From Basidiobolus meristosporus CBS 931.73 (taxonomy: Eukaryota; Fungi; Basidiobolomycota): DNA of 55,546 nucleotides. The notes beneath the pieces are model-generated. The model did not search any database, had not been told where the DNA came from, and saw only the letters and a program-made list of their open reading frames with translations. The translations under genes and the position numbers were made by a program. The first letter of the stretch is position 1. Each line of letters begins with the position of its first letter. Shown here in pieces: positions 39,754 through 52,270 of this stretch. Where the stretch lies: contig MCFE01000587.1 in assembly GCA_002104905.1 (NCBI GenBank), forward strand, positions 1-55,546, read 5' to 3'.

Positions 39754-42097
39754 TCAATGAGAGTCCAGCTCCTCATCCGCTTCTTCATCCTGGGCTAAGA
39801 GTTCGCGGGCACTCTCAGCAAGCATGAGCAATTCGGAAGATAAACATGTTTGTTGGATGAACGGATGCTGTTGAAGCACATGGCTCGGTTAGATGAGTTG
39901 GCGATTTGATGCGTAATTGAAGATTTACCTCCAAGAGTTCAATTGCTGCTGGTCGTTGGCTGGGGTTAAGGTGCGTGCACTCTTTCAAGAAATCCTTGAA
40001 AGAATCTGACCATCCGTCCTCCTCCTTGAGTTGTGGCGATCCATGAGTGGCGATTAAGAATAATGCCTAAAAGGAGTGCTAAGTACAATGGATAGAACAC
40101 AGCCAATTGAACGTATCTAGGAATTACCCGCAGAGGTGGGTACTCAACATATGGTGGTGCACCCTGAGCCATCTCTATCGCCACGATACCCAAACTCCAA
40201 ATATCTACTTTCGTAGTATAGTCTTGGCCTTTCACAACCTCGGGTGCCATCCAATAAGGTGTCCCGATGACCGATTTCCTGGTGGGGTTCGCTTCGTTAA
40301 ATTGCGTAGAATGTCCGAAGTCAGCTGACATGTGGGGGGGGGGAGGGATTGGTTAGAAACCACTAGCTTAGTATGAGCACAATTCCCGTTACTTACCGAT
40401 TTTGATGACTCCTTCCGAGTTGATAAGTATATTATCGCTTCGGATATCACGATGTGCGCGGTTAAGCTGGTGAAGATGAGCCAATCCAGCGAGAATGTCA
40501 CGACACACCGTAGCAATGTGAGTCTCCTTCATGCGGATATCCGGATAGCAAGAAATGATATCTGCAACTGAGCCAACATCCATGTACTCCGTGATGATCT
40601 TCAATGAAAAATGACCATCGTGGATGAGTACCAGGTTCACTCGCTTGTCACCATAGTTCACTTACCCAAAGGGATTGGTCATGCGCATAGCATCCATAAT
40701 ATTCTACCACGTTAGGGTGTGAGCTCATCTTCATCATTAAGATTTCGTTTCGAATTGAGGATAACTTGCTCGTCATCTCTTCAGGGATGATCTTGATCGC
40801 CACCTTGATATGTACTGTTAGTGCTATGCATGGAATAAGCGAGGGGTGGACTGCTGACCATTTTACCGGTAGTCACTTGTTGAGCAACAAACATGTCCCC
40901 CGATTCACCCTCAGCAAACTTCTGCAAGTTTGTGTAGATCTCGCTAGCGTCGCCCAAATCAATAAGATCCGCTAGTTATTCAATTGAGCTTAGTCCCGTA
41001 TTTGAAAAGCGTGGAGTTTACGGTGTACTTACCCAAATCATAAGTATTAACAAATTTGGCCGTTGCCGCGTCCGCTTCAGAAATCACCATGCTGCTGCCA
41101 ACAACGACTGGTGCTGGGGATCTGGGTGAGGAGTTACTCTGAGACTTCCATCGGCCTCCAGATGTTTGAGACTTGAAAGATTGCCGCGTGGATTTATACG
41201 ACTGCGCAAGAAGCTCCGTAGAGTTAGCTTCATCACCTGTAGGGGATAAAGTAGCTCGCTTAAGATAGGATTGCTCTCGATGTGCTTGTATAATTTTTTC
41301 CACTGCATCAGGGTGCGCTTGAACATCGTCCTCGGTAATCCCCGATTCATTGAGCAGAATGACCCATTCAGTTGGCAGTCCCTGTGGTTTATGGGTACTC
41401 CATAAGATACACGCGTACATAGGAAGAGAAGATATTGTCTCTGGTTACCTCGCCCTGGTTGTTGGCGTCAATATGTAATTTGTGCTTCACATTAAACGGA
41501 TGGCTGATTAGTCCAAGTTCTGAAGGGAAACAACCAAGCAGTTAGTCATCGGCGAGGGCTCAGTTTCACCCGTATCAGCACCATACCTATAGGAGTTTTA
41601 TTTACAGTATGCTTCTGGCTATAACTTTGCTGCGACTGGTGCTGTGGTGGAGGCGGCACCAGCGAAGGATGTATATATTTAGTGTTCAGCAAGTCATCAC
41701 TTGGTATAGTTTTATGCCAAACATCAGGAACGCCCTGTACAATGAGAAACAGTTAAAGGTTAAGCACAAGCATGAAGTGCGACGTCAAGTGTTATCTTAC
41801 CATAAATTTCCCACTTTCAGGGTTAAACTCCATATGAACACCATGTTCGATATCAGTTGGCCGCCCAATAGTCTGTATCACACCGTTAGGGAACAGTGCT
41901 TTTCGAGCTTTGTTTAATTGGTTTTTGGAACGACTGAAATGACGAGACAAGGATGGGCCATCGCTGGAGCAGGCCTGGTTCAGCATCGTATCGCTGTGAC
42001 TTAAATTCCGATATCGGGTGCCAAACTCCTCCCGTCTTCCATGCGACCGCTTGGAGCGGTCGCGTTCATTATCGTGGACTGAACAAGCCGACCCCAC
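39754..42097 (-). CDS. PAK/STE20-family kinase with two CRIB modules, multi-exon; 5' end unresolved
   Basis: CRIB1 IGRPTDIEHGVHMEF|GVPDVW and CRIB2 ISHPFNVKHKLHID|GLPTEW. Kinase motifs AEGESG, VAIK, HRDIRSDN, ADFG, GTPYWMAPE and DIWSLG. Stop after EEADEELDSH at 39754. Confidence 0.88.
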
Positions 42098-44364
42098 TTT
42101 GACTGATGTGAAGGCTGAATAAATCGTACGGATACGTTCGCTTCAGCGATTGAGTAAGCTACGGTCCAACTTGCCAAGAAGATTGACAAAGGCGGTGGTT
42201 TCTAGATAAACTAAGCAGAAATAGTGCAGAATATACGATATTCGGGCAAATTTTCAAAATCTATCCTTGAGATAACGAGAATATACTGTTTGATTGGCTT
42301 TACACTGTACGCAAACCACCAAAGTGCTTGTATAACTAAGAAGGGTACGTAGAAATAAATTCGGGATGAGGATCGTGCAATTGAGCCGGGTAACTAGATC
42401 CAAGTGGGGTTAAAATGTGGGTAAAATGGCGAGGGTGTAAGCAAGATAGATATGGAGATAAAGCGGAAAGGAAAAAGAACGTCAAGAGAAGAGAATTGAA
42501 TATAGTGAAAAGGGAAGCAAGGGGCGTAAATCTGATCAATTGGAAAATAGAAATACACAAAAAGGAATCGTGAAAATAGACACCTATCAAAGTCTGCAAT
42601 ATTAATTATCATGGAATCGTCATACCGATAATAACGAGGGTGATTTCAAAGAAATGGATGAGCTGTAGCCCTAACCCTAAAACTCACTGGCTACCATAAG
42701 CAGAGTTCTGTTGTGTTGATTGGATGGGATTGATAAATTCTTCTGGATTATCATGGAGGCTCGATTGTGAAATCTGACACATTGGAGCTTCACTTGATGA
42801 TCCCTTTGGGATCGCGTGTTATTTGTTACTTGATACATGTAGTTTAGCAGTGATCAACATAGCTAAACATGTTTAATCATAAACCATCTAATTGCCCGCC
42901 CTCCCCTATTATATAGTTGATTAATAATCTATGGTGAACAAAACACAAATGAATATATGGTAACATCCTTCTTATATGTGATCGAAGGCTCCGATTGGGC
43001 TTGGGGCAAAAGAAGATTTTGTCTTGAGTACTGACTATCGATGGGCAAGGTACCAAGCTGTCAAGTAATTTATTGTTTACCCCAACAAGTACGACAAGGG
43101 TTGATTCGGCAAACAATAAATGGGTATTGATACATGAATATGAATATGAGTATGTGCATGAGCATGAGCATGAGCATGAGTGTTGTCCAAAAGTATAGAT
43201 AGTGATTAGGCCAGATTCCGCACCCGAGTAGTGCCTTCCTAGTCCTTACTCTTCGTATATTCGGTATTCTTCATGTTCTTTACTACTGTATCGAAACAGT
43301 ATTCTCCAAAGTTAAGGTAGGTCTCAGCGGCGGAGCGGGCAGTACTGTTCTCAATCTTGTTCAAATCAAATCTTCACATGCCGTTATATACTGTGTCAGG
43401 AAGTAAAGAGGGGAAGAAATCTACTAACGTGAGTCCGGTATTACGCTTGACACCTGCAAAAACGGTAGATATGAGCGCAGCATCGATAGCATAATGGAGT
43501 AGACGTCCCGACATGTTAGTAAATATTGCCCCAAAAAGAGTTGCAAGATTGTTGTTAAAGCTGGATTTCCGGTTACGCTCTATCAGCGATGGAACGAATA
43601 TAAAACGTCATGGCGGGAGCGAAGTGGTTGAATTCGATTTTTCGAATGGCCCCACAATCATCTGTATTCAATAGCTTAATTAGCTACATGCATATTTTTC
43701 TCTAAAATGATGAGCCGGCGTCCATATCCGGGTCTGTTCCCGTGCCGGTCCGGACCGTTATCATGCGGACTAATCCGTGACCCAAAAATAAGAAGATCCG
43801 ATCGTTCCTTTGTCACCTCTGAATAATCATGGAGCCTACCAGTAGGTGTAACTTAATTTAGTGGGGGCCCATTAGCATAACACAGCATAGCATGCCGTTG
43901 CGAATGCTGGTAATCGACTCAGACTCCAGTCATATTTCTAATCGACAGCTTATGTGCAATTTTCAGGCGAAGGGATTTCACGAAGAGTGGCTAACATGGG
44001 TAGTATTGAGTAACGCCATGCATGCAACCAAACACTGTTCATAGACAAAACCTTTCTGTACCAACATTTCTTCCCAGGTTACGTAAAACATTAAAAGCAC
44101 ATTCAACATCGAAAGCGTGCCAATAAGGAGTGTGGCTCATCAACTTGACTGAAAATAACTATTTGTAATCATGTTAAAATATGGATTGCTATGTGATTAC
44201 GTTCAGATCAATATAGTATAATACTACAGGAATGGTAATAGGTATCACATTTAACGATTGGTTTCCAAATATTGACTAGTTCTAGGCATATATACAGTCA
44301 CAAGATATTCCAGACCTGAACCATAAATATATGAGAGGCGGGCAAGTGTGGCGTCAGAAATAAA

Positions 44365-44885
44365 TGATAAGAGCAGGTGAAAGATGCCAGAATACAGGTA
44401 CTCCAACACAGTAACACAGCTCAGTATCAGGCTAGAAGCAGTGAGCAAGAGTGTTCGTGATAAAGCTTACTGAATACATATGTGATAAAGTGTATGTCCG
44501 CCATCAGGGGGAAAGGCACTGTGATGGAGTCGAGGCCCTGTGTTGGACACCAAAAACACATCACTGACTGGCTTTCATTGATTGGCAAATCCGATTTTGG
44601 AAGATCAAGTTCGATTCCAAAGATCATTTCAAGGATTAGTGACAGATTTGGGTAAAATCATCAAAAAAAGTATATTGAGAAGGTGGACATATCGTATAGA
44701 TTCCAAAAATACTTTATCCACAATATTTCCGGGTGCTTCATTGGAAATCTGATGCGAAGGTGCAATTAGTCGAGAAGAGAGTAACCATTATAGGTGTATG
44801 CAAACCCACAATTGGGCTCTTTACAAAAAAGGGGTTGCCCTTGCCGCGTTACTACGAATACATACAAAATCCTTGGAAAAGATAG
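44365..44885 (+). promoter_or_regulatory. Cluster of HGATAR sites upstream of nitrite reductase (possible AreA/NIT2-type nitrogen control)
   Basis: TGATAA at 44365, 44458 and 44483, with the last two 25 bp apart, and AGATAG at 44880. Function is inferred from known GATA control of fungal niiA. These short motifs also occur by chance. Confidence 0.4.
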
Positions 44886-45028
44886 GACAGGGAAGTATTA
44901 GGAAAAATTGGCCAATACGAACCTACGTTCGATTTGTATTTATATGGTGTGCGTCGCCAGTAAAAGAGCAAGTTCACTTCCGTATCCGCACTTCACATTT
45001 TTATATATTCCATAGACTATAATTTACC

Positions 45029-48000
45029 ATGGCTCCCAATACGGAATTACTTACACCTACCGATGCTCAACAAACCATTGTGGTGGTTGGCCTCGGTATG
45101 GTCGCCGTTTCCTTCATCGAAAAGGTGCTCAGCTACGACACCAAGCACATGTACAACATCAAGGTCTTTGGCGAAGAGCCTGAAGGTACAGTCCATGTTT
45201 GTGTGACGAGTGACTTGACCACGGGAAGAAACTAACCTTGTTGATTGATTGACTGATTGACAGTTGCCTACAACCGTGTCGGCTTGACTCAGTACTTCGC
45301 ACACAGAGACCCTGCTAAGCAGTTGATGAAGCCTCGCGAGTGGTATGCTGAGAACAACATTGAGGTCCACCTCGGGGATCTCGTCCAGGAGATCGACACA
45401 GTTGGCCAACGAGTCCGTGCTGAGAAGTACGGATGGGTCAACTATGACATCTGTGTCCTCGCTACCGGATCGTCGGCTGCATTGCCACCAGGTGTTCCCC
45501 CCATGGGCAGTGTCGGTGGTATCTACGTGTACCGCACACTCGAGGACCTGGAGCAGATCATTGCCTGGGCCAACCGGGACAACGTCAAGAGAGCCACCAT
45601 TGTCGGTGGAGGGTTGTTGGGACTTGAGGCAGCCAAGGCAGCCAAGGATCTTGGACTAATCTCCACTGTCTATGAGCGTGCTGATCGTTTGATGATGAGA
45701 CAATTGGATGGGGAGGCATCCAGACTATTGGAGGCCGAGATTGCCAAACTTGGACTCACCTCGGTGGTTGGTGATTGTCCCATGGGTTTGGCCCAGGTTG
45801 ATGATGAGTTGGAGCCTAGCAAGAAGAAGATCAGTGGATTCACCACCGCATCCGGAAAGGAGGTCGAGACCGATATGATCATCTACTCAATCGGTATTCG
45901 TCCCAGAGATCAGCTCGCCCGTGAGTCTGATGGCTCACTCAAGCTTGGTGAGCGTGGTGGTATCGCCGTTGACAACCAGCTCCGCACCTCAGCACCAAAT
46001 GTGTATGCCATTGGTGAGTGCGCCAACTTCAATGGAATGTGCTACGGTTTGGTGGCACCTTGCTACGACACTGCCGAGGCAGTTGCCCGCAACATCACCA
46101 CTCACCTCAACGAGCCTGAGGAGAAGAAGGTCACCTTCAAGGGATCCGATATGTCTACCAAGCTCAAGCTGATGGGAGTGAATGTGGCATCATTCGGTAA
46201 CCCCTTCCCTGATGAGGCTACTCACCAACCTCTTGTATACCGCGATCCTTTCGCCGGAGTCTACAAGAAGTACAACTTCACCAAGGATGGAAAGCATCTT
46301 GTGGGTGGTATGATGGTGGGTGACACCAAGGACTACACCAAGGTTCTTGCCATGACCCGCTCATCCAAGGCCATTGACTGCGATCCATCTGAGCTCATTC
46401 TGGGAACTCAGTCGGAAGAGGCAGGGGCCGGAACCGATGCTCTGCCAGATGATGCTCAAATCTGCTCTTGCCTGAACGTCACCAAGGGCGACATCCGCAA
46501 GGCTATCAAGGAGAAGAACTGTGCCAATGTCAACCAAGTCAAGGCATTCACCAAGGCCGGTACTGGCTGTGGTGGATGTGTCCCACAAGTGACTGAGATC
46601 TTCGAGTCGGAGATGAAGTCATTGGGCAAGACGGTCAGCAACTCCTTGTGTGCCCACTTCAAGTTCAGCCGTGCCGAGCTCTACACTATTGTCAAGGTCA
46701 AGGAGCTCAAGACGTTCGAGGAGGTAGCTCGCAACTCTGCTGTAGACCCGGCCACAGCCGGATGTGAGGTGTGCAAGCCAGCGATCGCATCGATCATGAC
46801 CTCTTTGTGGAACGAGCATATCTTGTCAGGAGGTCTTGCCTCATTGCAAGAGACCAACGATCGTTATCTTGCCAATCTTCAGCGTGGTGGACTCTACTCT
46901 GTTGTCCCACGTATGGCCGGAGGAGAAATCACCCCCGAGGGTCTTCAGGCCATCGCAGATGTCACCAAGGAGTACAACCTGTACAGCAAGATCACCGGAG
47001 CTCAGCGTTTCGACTTGTTCGGAGCCAGAAAGGAGGACTTGCCCAAGATCTGGGAGAGACTTGTCGATGCTGGTTTCGAGAGCGGCCACGCTTATGGCAA
47101 ATCTCTTCGTAATGTCAAGTCTTGTGTCGGTAGCACCTGGTGCCGTTATGGACAGCAGGATTCGGTTGGCTTCGCCATCCGACTGGAGAACAGGTACAAG
47201 GGTATTCGCTCGCCTCACAAGCTGAAGGGAGGAGTGTCCGGCTGTATTCGTGAGTGTGCTGAAGCTCAAGGCAAGGACTTTGGCCTCATCGCCACCGAGA
47301 AGGGGTACAATGTGTATGTCGGTGGCAACGGAGGCACCAAGCCTAGACATGCTGACCTGTTGGTGTCTAGTGTGTCTGAGGAGGAGGCCACCAAGTACAT
47401 CGATCGTTACTTGATGTACTACATCATGACTGCCGACAAGCTTCAGCGTACTGCCAGATGGATGGAGAAGCTGCCCGGAGGGGTGAAGTATCTCCGCAAG
47501 GTTATCATGGATGACCACCTTGGTATTTGTGCGGATCTGGACAAGCAGATGCAATACTTGATTGGCACCTACCAGTGTGAGTGGCGCACAGTCGTGAAGA
47601 ACCCTGAGCTCAAGAAGCAGTTTGAAGAGTTTGTCAACACCAAGGAGAGCAGCGGACCCCTCATCGAAATGATCGAGCAACGTGGTGCTAAGAGACCTGC
47701 CGACTGGCCCAAGGTCGTTCCCGCCCTTCCCAGCTTGAAGAGACAAACTGGTACCATGGAGTGGGTCAAGGCTGGATCTGTGGATCAGTTCCCTCTGGAC
47801 CAAGGCAAGGTGATGCTTGTTGGGGATTCGCAGATTGCTGTGTTCCACACCTCGGACGACAAGTGGTATGCGGCCCAGAATATGTGCCCTGTGAAGCGTG
47901 ACCTTGTCTTGTCGGGCGGTATTCTTGGATTCCACGAGAGTGAGTCAGGAGCCGAGTCTTACATCTCCTGCCCTATCCACAAGAAGAACTTCAACCTCAA

Positions 48001-48187
48001 GTCCGGTGCCTGCATCAACGACGAGGCATTCCACATTGAGTGCTTCCATGTCAAGGTTGAGCACGATCAAGTGTATGTCCAACTCCCACCTGCTGACATT
48101 TTGGATGAGGCCCTGTCGACCAAGAAGCATATGATCACGAAATCAATGACTGCTCTTTCGGCAACTAATGGAAGCATGGATTGGTAA
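45029..48187 (+). CDS. niiA: Assimilatory NAD(P)H nitrite reductase (NirB-NirD fusion)
   Basis: FAD and NADH folds (VVVGLGMV, IVGGGLLGLEAA), BFD cysteines (CSCLNV...GTGCGGC, GCEVCKP), siroheme/4Fe-4S ligands (CVGSTWC, SGCIRECA) and a C-terminal Rieske-like domain. One intron at about 45187-45264. Confidence 0.97.
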
Positions 48188-48610
48188 TATAGGGTCCAAT
48201 TGGAGAACCCAACCAATCCCACTGTCTTTTAAAGGCTTTATGTACATATAGACTGAATCGAGTCTTTGAATTACTGCCACCAAGAACATCAGGCCTTGTT
48301 ACTACTATCATTTATTCCCATACTACCAACCAATAAATAGAATGACTACTGCAGGATGCTCCACTTGGCTTTCGTAAACCAAGAGCACTAAGTTTTCTGA
48401 CTACGACTACCTCATTACCATTGATCTTTTCCCGAACATACAATACATCGATGCGAGTCCCATGTTGCATTCACACTCAAGTTCCTTCAGTTGTTCATGT
48501 TTACTCTTGCAAAAGTTCGTTTATTTATACCACTCTGTACGAGTCTGCGATCCAGTTGTTGAGTGTCAAATTGCTGTTTGATTTCAATTTGGGATTGTCA
48601 AAATTTGAAC

Positions 48611-48652
<42 letters not shown>

Positions 48653-48696
48653 AATATGCAATTGATGATGATGCGCCAAGTGGTAAACGAACGGGC

Positions 48697-50347
48697 TTAA
48701 TGCATTCCCTTCTTTTCCTGCGCCGCTTCCTGTAGCTTGGCATCCTTGTCCTCCTTGTATGTGTATTTTGTGGCCAAGAAGCAGAATACGATGTTGGCGA
48801 CAAGACCGATGCCGCAGTAGAGGAAGTACTTGGGGGGACCTTGGATGGAGGTTCCGGCCAAACCCTCTTCAATGGCAGTGACAACCAAGTTACCAAGGGA
48901 GACGGTGAGGAGCCAGAAGGATGAAGAGGTTGACTTCATTTGGCGGCCGACCTGGGTATATGTGAATTGGAGACCGGTGGGGGAGACCATGGTCTCACCA
49001 AGGGAGAGAAGGGCCCATTGGGGCAATTGCCAGGCTCCATGCAGACAGTTAGGGCAGCTGGTGACCTTGCCACTTGCATTACGCTCACCATCGAATCTGG
49101 ACTGCACAATGTATTGGAGACCACCAGACAAAGCAAAGGAGATGATCACAAGGAAGAAGCCAACAGCCATACGACGGAGGAGGTAGAACCGGATACCACG
49201 TCTCTCGAGGAATGGGTAGAGAACCTTGGCGCAGAGGGGAACAAAGATCAGAATGAAGATGGTGTTGAAGATCGATGACTGCTCAGTAGAGATCTCGAGG
49301 GAGCCCCAGTTCTTGTTCATCATCTCATACTGCTCTTGCCATTCAGTACTTTGCTGATCGTAGATCATCCACCAGAACATGATTGGGAGAATCATGCCGA
49401 ACACTTGACCAAACATGCGGATTTCCTCGACGAACAATGGGCCAACCAAGTCCTCGGCGAAGTTCAACCAGTTGCCACGGCGTTGGCGCTCCTCAGGGGT
49501 GGCCGAGGAGTACTTCTTAATGGCGTATACGGTACCCTTGATAGCCTTCCAGGGAAGGAACTCGCCAATGGCTGGGACAACACGGTAATGCTTGAAGCCC
49601 AAGACGAAGATCACCAATGCAATTGCGAACAGAGCAGCGGGAAGGGCAAATGAGGCAAAGTAACACTGTGATCCGAAGCAGCTGACCTTATCCTTGAGCA
49701 TTGGAGTGATGTATTGCGAGAGCAAGGAGCCACTGTTGATGGAAATGTAGAACATGGCGAAGAACCAATCAAGGGCTTTGGTTTGATGAGGGAGATATTG
49801 ATCACCACCGTGAGAAGAGACACATGGCTTGATACCACCGGTGCCGAGAGCAATCAGGGTCAAGGGAAGCATAGCAGTCCATACTGGATAGGCTCCGTAG
49901 TTGCTGATCAATCCGTTGATTGAGAAGACAGCCAAAAGGATGGTACCAATCAGGTATACCACCGACAGGTAGACAATGGTGTGGTACTTGGCTAGCCAGG
50001 AGTCAGAGATGGCCGCACCGAGGAGGGGGAAGAAGTAACACATCATGTTGAAGGCATGTGAATTCACCTTGGCCTGGACCGGGTTAAGACCCACGGCAGT
50101 CTTGAAGTATTGCTTGAAGAAGATTTTTGATACCATAGAAAGTGAACCGTTCGCAGAACTCGTTGGGGATAATGTACCAAACAGCCTTAGGGATCTTATT
50201 TGGATTCTCCAAAAGTTGTTGGTCAAGCTTGGCATTTAGCTCGCGTTCCAATCTTAGAAGTTCCTTTTCGCGACTAGTGAGTTGATCTTCATCGGCAGCA
50301 CCGATTTCCATTTGCTGAAGCTCGTGAATGTCTTTATCGGTGGCCAT
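48697..50347 (-). pseudogene. POT/PTR2 (SLC15-like) peptide transporter, copy 1, with a 1-bp frameshift
   Basis: 1651 nt versus 1650 nt for copy 2. An extra C at 50113 (ttgcttgaaga versus ttgttgaaga) breaks the frame just after the EFCERFTFYG motif. A sequencing error cannot be excluded. Confidence 0.75.
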
Positions 50348-51129
50348 GGTGTGAATATGAGTAGTGATGTGTATTCCACGAGGCACGATGCACCCCTTAT
50401 ATATTTTCAAGGCAAGCGGTCCCCTCGAACAACCTAGCTATCAGAAATCGTGGTCATGCGGACAATTTAGTCGGTGCGAAAGATCGGGATTTACTTTCTA
50501 GGCCAGGGTTAGCTGCCTGATCCTTGTACTCTACAAACTTTATTCGAAGGCAGACTCAATTCATATCCCCAAAAATGGAAACCCATCAGAAATAAGGTTC
50601 ATGGTTCAGCAGTCTTGCCAATCAAATAGACAAGCACCACTAAGGTGTACAGAAAGGATCAAAAACGGAACGCGGTTCTGTTTCAGATAGTCAGCATGGC
50701 TTCACAGTCAGCCTTCAAGTAAGGTACATTCACCAGAAGTGATCACATGTTTGTGAGATTTCATCTGACAACGGTCTGAAGGTACATCATAGTGTATGCA
50801 ATTTAACCTAATTGACAACCACGATGCCTTGGCCATTTCAAGACACTTCATAGACAATAGGCATCCAGAGTGGTGGTTATCTGTCAATACTCGGTTTGAT
50901 ACTGCTGCTGGTATTCTGATAGGAGTCTACTCCAGATGTTTATCAAAGCACAGAGATAAACGCGAGATAGCCAACCCCATAAACGGTATGCGCATAATTT
51001 TGTAAGGCCTATTCCCAACAAATTTTTAGAATTCGATATTGACGAATTGGGCTTACGATCACTGAATCACTTCACTGTCGAGTTCTGTTAAATCTCCCAC
51101 GGATCTTTAAAGGCGGCCTATATATTTGA

Positions 51130-51770
51130 CTACTTGGGTAGCTTATGCATGAAGTCGGGGTTTTTTGAAGCCCAATTGGCAGTGAGTTTTGTGGTGAATG
51201 GGTCGTTAGAGATGTAGCTCTCTTCCCAGTATAAGTCAGAATGATAAGATTGGTTCTGCCAGTTGGACTCTGCAGTTGCGTAGGACTTCAGCACAGCATC
51301 CGATAAATTAGACTTTACTTGGATATTCAAGATCACGCTCACCGTCCCTTATAATCCTTCCATTCCAAAACTGGACAGATCAAATATCAACTCATCATAC
51401 GTGCCTCTCAGTATATCATGGAGTCACCACACTTCACTTTAAAGGCTCAAGGTTAGAGTCCGGGTCAGATGACTATCCAATTAGTCCTGGAATTAAGGGC
51501 AGTGACCACCACGCAATGAATATTCTAAATAGGTGAAATGTGTAGGGATGGCTGAATATCAAAAATAGTCGTGATTTTGGTAAGAATCCATGATGGATCC
51601 TGTTCACGATCAATCGTAGTTGTGACTTCAGTGATCGATTGTGAATCAATTATCCCAAAAGAATCATAGTCGGCGCACGATGCGTCGAAACACAGTCTGC
51701 AATAAGCAAACAAAAAAAAGAGTGCATAATGAGCGTTGATTATGGTATTCCTAATGGATTTATTTCGCAT
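51130..51770 (-). other. Coding-like fragments, possibly a decayed gene inside the duplicated unit
   Basis: Two short ORFs with protein-like composition (RLCFDASCADYDSFGII..., SVILNIQVKSNLSDAVLKSY...) separated by stops. No family recognised. Confidence 0.25.
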
Positions 51771-52270
51771 TGCCGAGTAACGAAAAGTTAGGGAACACCA
51801 ACAGTAAGCTACGGTTTGGTAAATCCAAATACCAAAGAGCTATTTTCTATTACACTTAAATTCCATCTATCCCTCTTTTGTTCTCGTCAATAGTGTACCT
51901 CGAATTTTATTGTAGCTGACATGTTTAGCGAGGAAGCAGAGGATATCATTGGTGATCAATGCGATTGGACACTTCGAAATATATTTTGGTGGCCCTTGGG
52001 TCGAGGTTGCTGTTGAGAAGCGATGCATGGTTCGCATTGGTAATGACAAAGACACAACTTTAGGTATGCAAACCTACTGGCGGATAATATACTTGATCAG
52101 GACGCTACCAGATATACTGATCATTGCGGGCACGATCCTAAATTCAACCTATTTACATTTAGGGTGAGGCACCATCCACCAAGAAGTTGATGACTGCACT
52201 CTCAGCCACTAATGAAGCCAACTTCATATTCCATTGGAGTGCCGGCCAACTCAGGTCTCCTGTTTCATTA

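Larger units (their letters stand above)
48236..52270. repeat. Tandem direct duplication, copy 1 (unit about 4035 bp)
   Basis: gagtctttgaattactgccac at 48260 recurs at 52295 (offset 4035), and near-identity continues to the window end. Confidence 0.93.

Noticed and set aside
26630-42097. Sho1-like gene and PAK kinase as a HOG-pathway cluster
   Set aside because: They are about 12 kb apart with several unrelated genes between them, and signalling genes are not generally clustered in fungi.
44251-44627. Two short hydrophobic minus-strand ORFs upstream of niiA as a small membrane protein
   Set aside because: The best GT-AG join I tried leads straight to a stop codon, and there is no recognisable family.
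46841-47935. 364-aa antisense ORF inside niiA
   Set aside because: Strong codon bias of the sense gene depletes antisense stops, and the product has no domain features.
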